A stretch of 64,000 nucleotides of DNA from Clostridia bacterium (lineage in GTDB: Bacteria; Bacillota; Clostridia; Oscillospirales; CAG-272). Shown here one piece after another: positions 8,274 to 17,091 of the stretch. Below the pieces are notes generated by a model that did no database searches, was not told the origin of the DNA, and was given only the letters and a program-made list of their open reading frames with translations. Positions within the stretch are counted from its first letter, which is position 1. Every line of letters starts with the position of its first letter. The stretch lies in contig JAFYLH010000010.1 of assembly GCA_017537175.1 (NCBI GenBank), positions 15,740 to 79,739 on the forward strand. The letters are read 5' to 3'. A program made the translations under genes and the position numbers.

Positions 8274-9410
8274 ATGAAGTGTATCAAGAACGGCAAGGTT
8301 ATCCTTGCTGACAGCATCGTAGAAAAAGCGGTGCTTTATGATGAAAAGATCATCGGTATTGTGGATGATTGTGACATTCCCGCAGATGCTGAAGTGATCG
8401 ACGCCGAAGGCAACTACGTTGCTCCCGGTCTTGTGGACGTACATATCCACGGTTATATGAATGAGGATGCCTCCGACGGCAAGCCCGAGGGTATCCGCAA
8501 AATGGCACAGGGTGTTGTAAAGAACGGTGTTACCACCTTCCTTCCCACCACTATGACCGTTTCTATCGAAGAGATCGAGGCTGCTCTTGACATCGTCCGT
8601 TCCATGCAGGAGGAAAGTAAGACCTGGGACGGTGCTTACCTTGCAGGTGTTAACGCTGAGGGTCCCTTTATCAATGCATCTAAGAAGGGCGCTCAGGCAG
8701 AGGAGCATATCAAGAACCCCGACGCTGACTGGGTTATCAAGAACAGCGACATAATCAAGCTTGTTACCATAGCTCCCGAAACCGAGGGCGGCTATGATGC
8801 AATAAAGAAGATCAGAGCAAACTCTGACGTAAGAGTATCGGTAGGTCATACCGATGCTACCTTTGAGCAGGCAATGAAGGCATTTGAGTGCGGTGCGGAT
8901 CACGTTACCCACCTTTTCAACGCTCAGACCGCTCTTCACCACCGTAAGCCCGGTGTGGTTGGTGCAGGTATGGTAGGCGACGTTTATGCAGAGCTTATCT
9001 GTGACACATTCCACATCCATACAGGTCTGTTTGAGCTTATTGCAAAGTGCAAGGGTGACAAGTTCGTTATCATCACCGACTGTACCCGTGCAGGCGGTAT
9101 GCCCGACGGCGAGTACTCTCTCGGCGGTCAGCCCATATTTGTTAAGGGTATCCAGTGTCTTCTTGAGGACGGCACCATTGCAGGCTCCGTGCTCAAGCTC
9201 AACGAGGCTGTAAACAACGTGGCTAAGCATACTACTCTTCCCCTGTGGGAGGTTGTGGCTGCAGCTTCTCTCAACCCTGCAAACTCTATCGGCATGGGTG
9301 ACACAAAGGGCTCTATTGCAGTTGGCAAGGATGCGGATATGTTCATCGCTGACAGCGAATTTAACGTAAAGAAAACTATTATCCAAGGAGATATCAGATA
9401 TGAAGCTTAA
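8274..9410 (+). CDS. nagA: N-acetylglucosamine-6-phosphate deacetylase
   Basis: DVHIHGY metal-binding motif, EGPFIN, HLFNA and DTFHIH, with typical length (378 aa). Confidence 0.85.
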   Translation: MKCIKNGKVILADSIVEKAVLYDEKIIGIVDDCDIPADAEVIDAEGNYVAPGLVDVHIHGYMNEDASDGKPEGIRKMAQGVVKNGVTTFLPTTMTVSIEEIEAALDIVRSMQEESKTWDGAYLAGVNAEGPFINASKKGAQAEEHIKNPDADWVIKNSDIIKLVTIAPETEGGYDAIKKIRANSDVRVSVGHTDATFEQAMKAFECGADHVTHLFNAQTALHHRKPGVVGAGMVGDVYAELICDTFHIHTGLFELIAKCKGDKFVIITDCTRAGGMPDGEYSLGGQPIFVKGIQCLLEDGTIAGSVLKLNEAVNNVAKHTTLPLWEVVAAASLNPANSIGMGDTKGSIAVGKDADMFIADSEFNVKKTIIQGDIRYEA

Positions 9411-10776
9411 GGTTGAAGCTATACTTGACAAAGAGTTTACACCCATGATGCTGGTGTACAAGGAATTTACAGAAGGGGCAAAGGCTGCAGGCGGTACAAA
9501 GCTCGTTATCGGCATCGAGCGTAACAAGGGCTACGTTTCCGCATTTGAGACAGTTATCTACCCCGAAGGCACAGGCCATGACGACGAGAACTACGAGTTC
9601 ATCGAGAGACTTGTTAAGTCCCTTCTCTGGGTACGCGGCGGTCACAAGATCATCATCGCTGGCTCAAAGCTCATCGCAGACAAGCTGACAGAGGCTTACT
9701 CTGCTGAAGGTACTCGTGCATTTGACTTTGATTTTATGAGCGGTATCTACGAAACTACCGTTACAGTTGAATACAGAGACATCGCTGATGCTCCCGCAAC
9801 CAACGAGTCCGCTACTCCTATCGGCCGTCACCTTGACGGCTGCCGTATCGGCTTTGATGCAGGCGGAAGCGACAGAAAGGTTTCTGCAGTTATCGACGGC
9901 AAGAGCGTATACAGCGAAGAGGTTGTTTGGTTCCCCAAGACAAACTCCGATCCCGACTATCACTACGACGGTATTCTCTCCGCTATGAAGTCTGCGGCTG
10001 AGCATATGCCCAGAGTTGATGCTATCGGTGTTTCCTCTGCAGGTGTTTACGTTGACAACCGTATTATGGCTGCTTCCCTGTTCCTTAAGGTTTCTAAGGA
10101 AGAGTTTGACGCTAAGTGTAAGGATATGTACATCAACGTAGCAAAAGAATTTGGCGATGTTCCGCTGGAAGTAGCAAACGACGGTGACGTTACCGCTCTT
10201 GCAGGTGCTATGGATCTTAACGACAACAACGTTCTCGGTATCGCTATGGGTACAAGTGAGGCAGGCGGTTACGTTGACGGTCAGGGCAACATTACAGGCT
10301 GGCTCAACGAGCTTGCATTCGTTCCCTGCGACTACTCTAAGAACTCTATGGTTGACGAGTGGTCAGGAGATTATGGCTGCGGCGTTAAGTACTTCTCTCA
10401 GGATGCAGTTATCAAGCTTGCTCCCGCTGCAGGTATCGAGCTTGAGGAGTCCCTTTCTCCCGCTGAAAAGCTTAAGGTAGTTCAGGGTCTTATGGCAGAG
10501 GGTGACGAAAGAGCCGCAAAGATCTATGACACCATCGGTGCATACTTTGGCTACACCATCGCTTACTACTCTCTTTTCTATGATATAAAGCACGTTCTTA
10601 TCATGGGCCGTGTTACCTCCGGTGAGGGCGGTGTAATCCTTCTTGACCGTGCAAAGGAAGTTCTCGCAAAGGAATTCCCCGAGCTTAACGAGAAGATCAC
10701 ACTTCACATTCCCGACGAAAACAGCCGCCGTGTAGGTCAGTCTGTAGCTGCGGCAAGCCTTCCCGAAATCAAGTAA
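9400..10776 (+). CDS. ROK-like / ASKHA-fold sugar kinase homologue with an extra roughly 150-aa N-terminal domain
   Basis: GFDAGGSDRKV phosphate-1 motif, GVSSAGVY and ANDGDVTALAG. It overlaps nagA by 11 nt, so it is probably co-translated. Substrate is not inferable. Confidence 0.6.
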   Translation: MKLKVEAILDKEFTPMMLVYKEFTEGAKAAGGTKLVIGIERNKGYVSAFETVIYPEGTGHDDENYEFIERLVKSLLWVRGGHKIIIAGSKLIADKLTEAYSAEGTRAFDFDFMSGIYETTVTVEYRDIADAPATNESATPIGRHLDGCRIGFDAGGSDRKVSAVIDGKSVYSEEVVWFPKTNSDPDYHYDGILSAMKSAAEHMPRVDAIGVSSAGVYVDNRIMAASLFLKVSKEEFDAKCKDMYINVAKEFGDVPLEVANDGDVTALAGAMDLNDNNVLGIAMGTSEAGGYVDGQGNITGWLNELAFVPCDYSKNSMVDEWSGDYGCGVKYFSQDAVIKLAPAAGIELEESLSPAEKLKVVQGLMAEGDERAAKIYDTIGAYFGYTIAYYSLFYDIKHVLIMGRVTSGEGGVILLDRAKEVLAKEFPELNEKITLHIPDENSRRVGQSVAAASLPEIK

Positions 10777-10786
10777 AACTTGATTT

Positions 10787-10828
10787 CGGAATGCAGAATG
10801 CAGAATTAAGAGTGCAGAATGAAGGAAG
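10787..10828 (-). repeat. Heptad array, 6 units (CGGAATG CAGAATG CAGAATT AAGAGTG CAGAATG AAGGAAG); reverse complement ATTCTGC type
   Basis: 7-bp periodicity; it ends in the GAAGGAA junction to the hairpin at 10828-10857. Confidence 0.9.
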
Positions 10829-10857
10829 AAAACTGTTGCAGTAATGCAACAGTTTTC
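10828..10857. repeat. Variant of the GAAAAC...GTTTTC hairpin (GAAAACTGTTGCA-gtaa-TGCAACAGTTTTC)
   Basis: 13-bp perfect stem sharing the GAAAAC/GTTTTC ends with the GAAAACCGC family. Confidence 0.8.
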
Positions 10858-10861
10858 GACC

Positions 10862-10903
10862 ATAACTATTCTCTATTCACTATTCACTATTCATTATTCA
10901 CTA
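10862..10903 (+). repeat. Heptad array, 6 units (ATAACTA TTCTCTA TTCACTA TTCACTA TTCATTA TTCACTA)
   Basis: 7-bp periodicity between the hairpin at 10828-10857 and the terminator at 10907-10935. Confidence 0.9.
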
Positions 10904-10906
10904 AAT

Positions 10907-10935
10907 AAAATGTGCCTTCGCACATTTTATTTTTA
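10907..10935 (+). terminator. Terminator at the end of the nagA / ROK-like unit
   Basis: AAAATGTGC-cttc-GCACATTTT followed by ATTTTT. Confidence 0.7.
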
Positions 10936-10950
10936 TAAGGAGATAATAAT

Positions 10951-12699
10951 ATGGAAATCAACTTCAGAACAGAGTATCCCCGCCCCCAGTTTGTACGTAA
11001 GGACTGGCTCTGCTTAAACGGTGTATGGGATTTTACCATAGACGATGCTCACAACGGTGAATACCTCGGCTATCAGGTAAAGGATCACTATGACCGCAAG
11101 ATCAATGTTCCCTACTGCCCCCAGTCAAAGCTGTCGGGTATCGGGATCACCGAATTTATAAAGGGTGTATGGTATACCCGTTCCTTTAATATCCCCGCTG
11201 ACTGGAAGGCAAACGGCAAACGTACCATCCTCCATATAGATGCCTGCGACTACTTTACCAAGGTATTTATAAACTCAAAGGAGGTTGGCACGCACCGCGG
11301 CGGTTATACTGCATTTTCCTTTGATATTACCGACTTCATCACCGAGGGTGAGAACAGAATCACCGTTAACGCAACCGATGACGAAAAGGACAAGCGTATC
11401 GGCAGCGGTAAGCAGTCTACAGAGTTCTCCTCCTACGAGTGCTTCTATACCCGTACCACAGGTATCTGGCAGACTGTGTGGCTTGAGAATATTCCCGCTT
11501 CATTTATCAAGAACGTTAAGATGACTCCCTGTGCCAAGGACGGCGAGCTTCGTCTTGAGGTAAGCACAAAGAATGCCGAGCTTATGACCTTTAAGGCTGA
11601 GGTGAGCTTTAAGGGTGAGCATATCCTTACCACCGAGAGAGTTATCGACTGGGATAACGAGCAGTTCAGCATTATTATCCCCGAAGACAAAAGATATTTG
11701 TGGGATACAGAGAATCCTAACCTCTATGACATCAAGTTCACCTTGGGCGATGACGTGGTAGAAAGCTACTTCGGTCTTCGTGACATTGCTCTTCGCAAGG
11801 GTGTAACCTATATTAACGGTAAGGCTACCTTCCAGAGACTGGTGCTTGATCAGGGCTTCTATCCCGACGGTCTCTACACTGCACCCTCTGACGCCGAGCT
11901 TGAGGCTGACGTGCTTCGCGGTCTTGAGATGGGCTTTAACGGAGCAAGACTTCATATGAAGTTCTTTGAGCCCCGCTTCTTCTATCACGCAGACCGTCAC
12001 GGCTATATGGTATGGGGTGAGTACCCCTGCTGGGGTCTTGACACCTGTAATCACGAGATCATCTGCGCAAGCCTGCCTCAGGAATGGTTTGAGATGATAA
12101 TGCGTGACTACAACCATCCTGCCATCATCGGCTGGTGTCCTATGAACGAGACAGGCTATCTGGTTGACCGTGAGTGCACCAGAATGCTCTATGATATAAC
12201 AAAGGCTTATGACCCCAACCGTCTCTTTATCGGTGTATCCGGCTGGGGACACGTTCCCGGCACATATGATATGTGCGACACCCACGACTATACTCAGGAT
12301 GTTGAGGAGTTCAAGAACAAGTATCTGCCTCTCGAAAAGGGCGAGGCTGTCACCATACTTGACGGCTATACCCGTTGGGAAAAGAAGATGCTCACCACAA
12401 ACGAGGTTTGCTTCCTCTCCGAGTTTGGCGGAGCAAGCTGGGTAATCGACGAGGATAAGAAGAACAAGGGCGACTGGGGCTACGGTAACGCTCCCAAGAC
12501 CGAGGAGGAATTCATCGAAAGATACAAGGGTCTGTGCTATGCCCTCTTTGACAACAAGGCCATCGGTGCGTTCTGCTATACACAGCTCTATGACATCGAG
12601 CAGGAGATCAACGGTCTGTATACCTATGACCGCCGTCCCAAGTTTGATCCTAAGGTGATATCCGAAATTACCAAGAGAAAGGCTGTAGTGGAAGAATAA
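10951..12699 (+). CDS. Glycoside hydrolase family 2 protein (beta-galactosidase/glucuronidase/mannosidase-like)
   Basis: N-terminus EYPRPQFVRKDWLCLNGVWDF is typical of GH2. It has a sugar-binding domain, an Ig-like domain and a TIM barrel (NGARLHMKFFE, WCPMNE). RBS is TAAGGAGAT. Confidence 0.75.
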   Translation: MEINFRTEYPRPQFVRKDWLCLNGVWDFTIDDAHNGEYLGYQVKDHYDRKINVPYCPQSKLSGIGITEFIKGVWYTRSFNIPADWKANGKRTILHIDACDYFTKVFINSKEVGTHRGGYTAFSFDITDFITEGENRITVNATDDEKDKRIGSGKQSTEFSSYECFYTRTTGIWQTVWLENIPASFIKNVKMTPCAKDGELRLEVSTKNAELMTFKAEVSFKGEHILTTERVIDWDNEQFSIIIPEDKRYLWDTENPNLYDIKFTLGDDVVESYFGLRDIALRKGVTYINGKATFQRLVLDQGFYPDGLYTAPSDAELEADVLRGLEMGFNGARLHMKFFEPRFFYHADRHGYMVWGEYPCWGLDTCNHEIICASLPQEWFEMIMRDYNHPAIIGWCPMNETGYLVDRECTRMLYDITKAYDPNRLFIGVSGWGHVPGTYDMCDTHDYTQDVEEFKNKYLPLEKGEAVTILDGYTRWEKKMLTTNEVCFLSEFGGASWVIDEDKKNKGDWGYGNAPKTEEEFIERYKGLCYALFDNKAIGAFCYTQLYDIEQEINGLYTYDRRPKFDPKVISEITKRKAVVEE

Positions 12700-12713
12700 T
12701 CGGTCAAAGCTTC

Positions 12714-12742
12714 TTGACAAAAGGAAAAAATTGACGTAAAAT
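12714..12742 (+). promoter_or_regulatory. Promoter of the zinc-ribbon membrane protein gene
   Basis: TTGACA-17 nt-TAAAAT. Confidence 0.6.
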
Positions 12743-12779
12743 GGAGTTAACAAATATTTAATAATAGGAGGGTGAAACT

Positions 12780-13190
12780 ATGTTCTGTAACAACTGCGGA
12801 AAACCTATCGAAGATAATGCTCAGTCCTGCCCCTTTTGCAATGCCACTGTATATAATACAGAGCCTGTACTCGATACAGCCATAACCGAGGAGGAGGATA
12901 ACAAAAAGCAGAGTAATATACTCATTTTCGGTATACTTTCTTTGTTTTTCAATAACAGTATATGGGGTATAATAGCCGGTGCTATCGCCTTGTATCTCAG
13001 TAAATCCTATAAAGACCTAAAGGGTAATCTCCCTGCCTGTGCCCGTACCGGATCTATATTGGGAATTGTAGGTCTTATATTGAGCATATTTAATGTAATA
13101 AGCGCTTTGTTCAGTCTTGTTCTTGTTTTTGTTTTTTATATACTCTGGTTTATAATCATGACCGGAAATATAGCAATTATGAGCATATAA
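12780..13190 (+). CDS. Zinc-ribbon membrane protein (CxxC..CxxC N-terminus plus 3 TM helices)
   Basis: MFCNNCG...CPFCN zinc ribbon followed by hydrophobic helices. It has a strong RBS (AGGAGGGTG) and a consensus-like promoter at 12714-12742. Confidence 0.7.
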   Translation: MFCNNCGKPIEDNAQSCPFCNATVYNTEPVLDTAITEEEDNKKQSNILIFGILSLFFNNSIWGIIAGAIALYLSKSYKDLKGNLPACARTGSILGIVGLILSIFNVISALFSLVLVFVFYILWFIIMTGNIAIMSI

Positions 13191-13195
13191 TAACG

Positions 13196-13230
13196 AAAAC
13201 CCGATGGTTAAAACCATCGGGTTTGTTTTT
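13196..13230. terminator. Bidirectional terminator between convergent genes
   Basis: AAACCCGATGGTT-aa-AACCATCGGGTTT with an A-run and a T-run on either side. Confidence 0.8.
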
Positions 13231-14618
13231 TAATGCTTGAGGAGGTTCTCAATATATTCTATCTGTGCTTCAACTGATGCCACGCAGGTTCCGCCCTTAG
13301 AGATACGCTTGTTTACGCAGGTTTCAAGGTTTATCGCCTCGTAGATATCCTCCTCGAAAAGCTCGCTCATTTCCTTATACTTTTCTAAGGGAAGCTCTTC
13401 AAGAGTGGTGTGATTTTCGATACACATAGCAACGCTCTGTCCCACTATCTTGTAAGCTGTACGGAAGGGCATTCCCTTCTTAACCAGATAGTCGGCACAG
13501 TCGGTGGCGTTGATGAATCCACCGCCTGCGGCACGGTACATATTCTCTTTGTTTACCTTCATTGTTGCAAGCATGGGGGTTGCAATAGAAAGACAGGCAG
13601 AAACAGTTTCAACTGCATCAAATATGCCCTCCTTATCCTCCTGCATATCCTTGTTGTATGCAAGGGGAATACCCTTAAGCACGGTAAGTATGCCCATAAG
13701 ATCACCGTAAACACGGCCTGTCTTGCCTCTTATAAGCTCTGCCATATCGGGGTTCTTCTTCTGGGGCATGATGGAGCTGCCTGTGGAATAGCTGTCATCA
13801 AGGTCGATAAACTTAAATTCCCAGCTTGACCACATAATTATCTCCTCGCAAAGGCGGGAAAGGTGCATCATAATGATCGAGAAGCACGCAGTAAGCTCAA
13901 CACAGTAGTCACGGTCGCTTACACCGTCAAGGCTGTTTAAAGCAACACCGTCAAAGCCAAGCTCGGCTGCCACCATATCACGGTCTGTATCGTAGGTAGT
14001 ACCTGCAAGAGCACAACATCCGAGAGGAGATGTGTTCATAAGGCTCTTTGCGTTCTGTAATCTCTTGATATCACGGCTGAACATCATAGCATAAGCCATC
14101 ATATGGTGACCCAAGGTTACAGGCTGCGCCCTCTGAAGGTGAGTGTAGCCGGGCATAATTGTAGCCTTATGCTCCTTTGCGATCTCAAGAAGCGCCGACA
14201 TAAGATTGCGGGTAAGCTCTATAACCTCGTCGGTACGGGTCTTCATATACATTTTGAGATCAAGTGCGACCTGATCGTTACGGCTGCGCGCGGTATGAAG
14301 CTGCTTGCCGATGTCCCCTATACGCTTGGTCAGCTCCGCCTCAATGAACATATGTATGTCCTCGGCATTCATATCGAACTCAAGCTTTCCGTCGTCTATG
14401 TCAGCCAAAATATAGCCTAATGTTTCTATTATCTTTTCGCTTGACTCCTTGGGGATAATGCCCTTGGCACCAAGCATAGCCGCGTGTGCCATAGAGCCTG
14501 TGATATCCTCACGGTACATCTTAGAGTCAAATCTTATTGATGAGTTAAAATCGTTTGCCGCTACATCAAGCTCTTTTGCAAAGCGGCCTGCCCACATTTT
14601 TTCCATAGCTTTCTCCAT
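13230..14618 (-). CDS. argH: Argininosuccinate lyase
   Basis: MWAGRF N-terminus and the fumarate-lyase signature GSSIMPQKKNPD. The start is ambiguous among ATG 14618, 14606 and 14597; the track ORF extends to 14666. Confidence 0.9.
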   Translation of the reverse strand: MEKAMEKMWAGRFAKELDVAANDFNSSIRFDSKMYREDITGSMAHAAMLGAKGIIPKESSEKIIETLGYILADIDDGKLEFDMNAEDIHMFIEAELTKRIGDIGKQLHTARSRNDQVALDLKMYMKTRTDEVIELTRNLMSALLEIAKEHKATIMPGYTHLQRAQPVTLGHHMMAYAMMFSRDIKRLQNAKSLMNTSPLGCCALAGTTYDTDRDMVAAELGFDGVALNSLDGVSDRDYCVELTACFSIIMMHLSRLCEEIIMWSSWEFKFIDLDDSYSTGSSIMPQKKNPDMAELIRGKTGRVYGDLMGILTVLKGIPLAYNKDMQEDKEGIFDAVETVSACLSIATPMLATMKVNKENMYRAAGGGFINATDCADYLVKKGMPFRTAYKIVGQSVAMCIENHTTLEELPLEKYKEMSELFEEDIYEAINLETCVNKRISKGGTCVASVEAQIEYIENLLKH

Positions 14619-14677
14619 ATAATGATCAATATATAACAGAATACCATATTTCAATGGATAAATCAATAGTTTATAAA

Positions 14678-14699
14678 GAAAACCGCCAAAGCGGTTTTC
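14678..14699. repeat. GAAAACCGC-caaa-GCGGTTTTC hairpin (copy 1 of 5)
   Basis: Perfect 9-bp stem and 4-nt loop, located between argG and argH. Confidence 0.9.
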
Positions 14700-14738
14700 T
14701 TCCTTAATTCCTAACTCCTAACTCCTAATTTCTAATTT
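14700..14738 (+). repeat. Heptad array (TTCCTTA ATTCCTA ACTCCTA ACTCCTA ATTTCTA ATTT)
   Basis: 7-bp periodicity starting with the TTCCTTA junction directly after the hairpin. Confidence 0.9.
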
Positions 14739-14766
14739 AAAAAGCCATCGTTACCGATGGCTTTTA
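14739..14766 (-). terminator. Terminator-like hairpin immediately after argG
   Basis: AAAAGCCATCG-ttac-CGATGGCTTTT. On the minus strand it is followed by TTTTT. Confidence 0.7.
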
Positions 14767-14768
14767 GA

Positions 14769-15995
14769 TTACTTGTTTCTCTGATTGCTCTGAGCCTTAA
14801 CCTTGATGGGAAGACCGAAGAGGTTGATAAATCCGCCTGCATCAGACTGATCGTAAACATCGTCCTCATCAAATGTAGCGATCTCCTCGCTGTAGAGAGT
14901 GTAGGGAGATGTAACACCTGCATTGATCATGTTGCCCTTGTAGAGCTTAAGGGTAACATCACCTGTAACAGTCTCCTGGGTCTTGTCAACAAATGCGGTA
15001 AGAGCCTCGCGAAGAGGTGTGAACCACTGACCGTTGTAAACAAGGTCAGCAAACTTGACTGCAAGCATTTCCTTATAATGCTGGGTATCGCGGTCAAGAG
15101 TGATGGTCTCAAGAACCTGATGAGCTCTGTAAAGGATAGTACCGCCGGGAGTTTCGTATACACCGCGGCTCTTCATACCAACGAGACGGTTTTCAACAAG
15201 ATCAGCAAGACCGATACCGTTAGCACCGCCAAGCTCGTTGAGCTTCTTAACAAGGGATACCGAATCCATCTTAACATCATCGATTGCTACGGGAACACCC
15301 TTTTCGAAGCTGATCTTAACATATGTGGGCTTGTCGGGAGCCATCTCGGGAGATACACCCATTTCAAGAAAGCCTGGCTTGTTGTAAAGAGGCTCGTTTG
15401 CGGGATCCTCAAGATCCAGACCCTCGTGGGAAAGATGCCAGAGGTTCTTGTCCTTGGAGTAGTTGGTCTCACGGTTTATCTTAAGGGGAATGTCGTGTGC
15501 CTCGGCATACTCGATCTCCTCTTCACGGGACTTGATATCCCACTCACGCCAGGGAGCGATGATAGCCATATCGGGAGCGAAAGCCTTGATGGTAAGCTCA
15601 AAACGAACCTGGTCGTTACCCTTACCTGTACAGCCGTGACAGATAGCGTCAGCACCCTCTGCTATTGCGATCTCAACGATACGCTTTGCTATACAGGGTC
15701 TAGCAAAGGATGTACCGAGGAGATAGTCCTTTTCGTAAACTGCACCTGCCTGCATGGTGGGGAAGATGTAATCCTCTACAAATTCCTTTTCAAGGTTCTC
15801 GATGTAGAGCTTAGAAGCACCTGTCTTGATAGCCTTTTCTTCAAGACCGTCAAGCTCGGTACCCTGACCTACGTCACCGGAAACTGCGATAACCTCACAG
15901 TTGTTGTAGTTTTCCTTGAGCCACGGAATAATGATAGAGGTATCAAGACCTCCGGAGTAGGCTAATACTACTTTTTTGATATCTTTCTTGTCCAT
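14769..15995 (-). CDS. argG: Argininosuccinate synthase
   Basis: [15 protein letters not shown]-pyrophosphatase motif; 408 aa with full-length family-typical sequence. Confidence 0.92.
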   Translation of the reverse strand: MDKKDIKKVVLAYSGGLDTSIIIPWLKENYNNCEVIAVSGDVGQGTELDGLEEKAIKTGASKLYIENLEKEFVEDYIFPTMQAGAVYEKDYLLGTSFARPCIAKRIVEIAIAEGADAICHGCTGKGNDQVRFELTIKAFAPDMAIIAPWREWDIKSREEEIEYAEAHDIPLKINRETNYSKDKNLWHLSHEGLDLEDPANEPLYNKPGFLEMGVSPEMAPDKPTYVKISFEKGVPVAIDDVKMDSVSLVKKLNELGGANGIGLADLVENRLVGMKSRGVYETPGGTILYRAHQVLETITLDRDTQHYKEMLAVKFADLVYNGQWFTPLREALTAFVDKTQETVTGDVTLKLYKGNMINAGVTSPYTLYSEEIATFDEDDVYDQSDAGGFINLFGLPIKVKAQSNQRNK

Positions 15996-16033
15996 TATAT
16001 ATCCTCAACTTTCGTTTTTTATTCAATTACATA

Positions 16034-16047
16034 CGAATAATTATACG
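16034..16047. promoter_or_regulatory. ARG-box-like palindrome upstream of argG (candidate ArgR/AhrC operator)
   Basis: CGAATAATTATACG matches 11 of 14 positions of the E. coli ARG-box core TGAATAATTATTCA and is a 12/14 self-palindrome. It lies 39 nt upstream of the argG ATG. Confidence 0.4.
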
Positions 16048-16095
16048 ATCCCATTTACTGTTTGTCAAGACTTAATTCATAATTTATTTTTATTA

Positions 16096-16124
16096 TTGCA
16101 AATATTGTTATAATATGCTAAAAT
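16096..16124 (+). promoter_or_regulatory. Candidate promoter of the MoxR operon
   Basis: TTGCAA-17 nt-TAAAAT. An alternative TATAAT is at 16109-16114. Confidence 0.4.
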
Positions 16125-16152
16125 AAATGTAATATCACTTAGGAGAACTTGT

Positions 16153-17091
16153 ATGAAAATTGCAGAATTAGCCTCATTGCTTAAGAATAATATAACCTCT
16201 GTCCTTATGGGCAAGTCAGCTGAGACAGATATGGTCATCTGTACCCTGCTTGCCGCAGGACATATACTTTTGGAGGATGTACCCGGCACGGGCAAGACCA
16301 CCCTTGCAAGGGCACTTGCCGCATCTATAGGCGGAGATGTCAAGCGTATACAGTTTACCCCCGACCTTCTGCCTGCGGATATTACGGGTATAGACTTCTT
16401 TAATATGAAGACCCAGGAATTTACCTTCCACCGCGGCCCGATATTCTCAAATATAATCATAGCCGACGAGATAAACCGCGCCACACCCCGAACCCAGTCG
16501 GCTCTGCTTGAGGCAATGCAGGAAAAGCAGGTAACTGTGGGTAATTCCACCTATGCACTTGCCGCTCCCTTCCTTGTAATAGCAACACAGAACCCCATAG
16601 AGACCAAGGGTACATTCCCTCTGCCCGAGGCTCAGACAGACAGATTTATGATCAAGCTGTCCTTAGGCTATCCCGACAACGAAAGTGAGCTTAATATCTT
16701 AAGAGGACACGGCAAGACAGATCTGCTGTCAGCTATAAGACCTGTATGTAATGCCAAGGATATTTCAGAGGCGCAGAGGCTTATACCTCAGGTCAAGGTA
16801 AGTGACGCGGTGGCAGGTTATATGGTGGCTATATCAAATGCCACAAGACAGGACAGGCGTATCCGTCTGGGTGTCAGCCCCAGAGGTACTCTTGCACTTA
16901 TGAGACTGTCTCAGGCATATGCCGCAATGCGCGGCAGAGATTATGTACTCCCGGACGATGTCAAGGCTGTGGCTGTTCCCTGCCTTGCCCACCGTATCAT
17001 ATCAAGTCAGGGCAGAAGTCTTTCGGTGGTAGAGTCAAACGAGGCTCTTATTACTTCCGTGCTCGATACAGTACCTGCTCCCATAGAATAA
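16153..17091 (+). CDS. MoxR-family AAA+ ATPase
   Basis: Walker A DVPGTGKTTLARALA, Walker B IIIADEINRA and ATQNPIE motifs; 312 aa. Confidence 0.88.
   Translation: MKIAELASLLKNNITSVLMGKSAETDMVICTLLAAGHILLEDVPGTGKTTLARALAASIGGDVKRIQFTPDLLPADITGIDFFNMKTQEFTFHRGPIFSNIIIADEINRATPRTQSALLEAMQEKQVTVGNSTYALAAPFLVIATQNPIETKGTFPLPEAQTDRFMIKLSLGYPDNESELNILRGHGKTDLLSAIRPVCNAKDISEAQRLIPQVKVSDAVAGYMVAISNATRQDRRIRLGVSPRGTLALMRLSQAYAAMRGRDYVLPDDVKAVAVPCLAHRIISSQGRSLSVVESNEALITSVLDTVPAPIE

Noticed and set aside
8211-15965. Other long antisense ORFs (8211..9527 minus, 11500..12753 minus, 14757..15965 plus), plus similar ones at 31529..32788, 42279..42938 and 43683..44426
   Set aside because: Each lies fully opposite a gene with clear family motifs (nagA, GH2, argG, ackA, clp). 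They are typical shadow frames of moderately GC-rich coding DNA.
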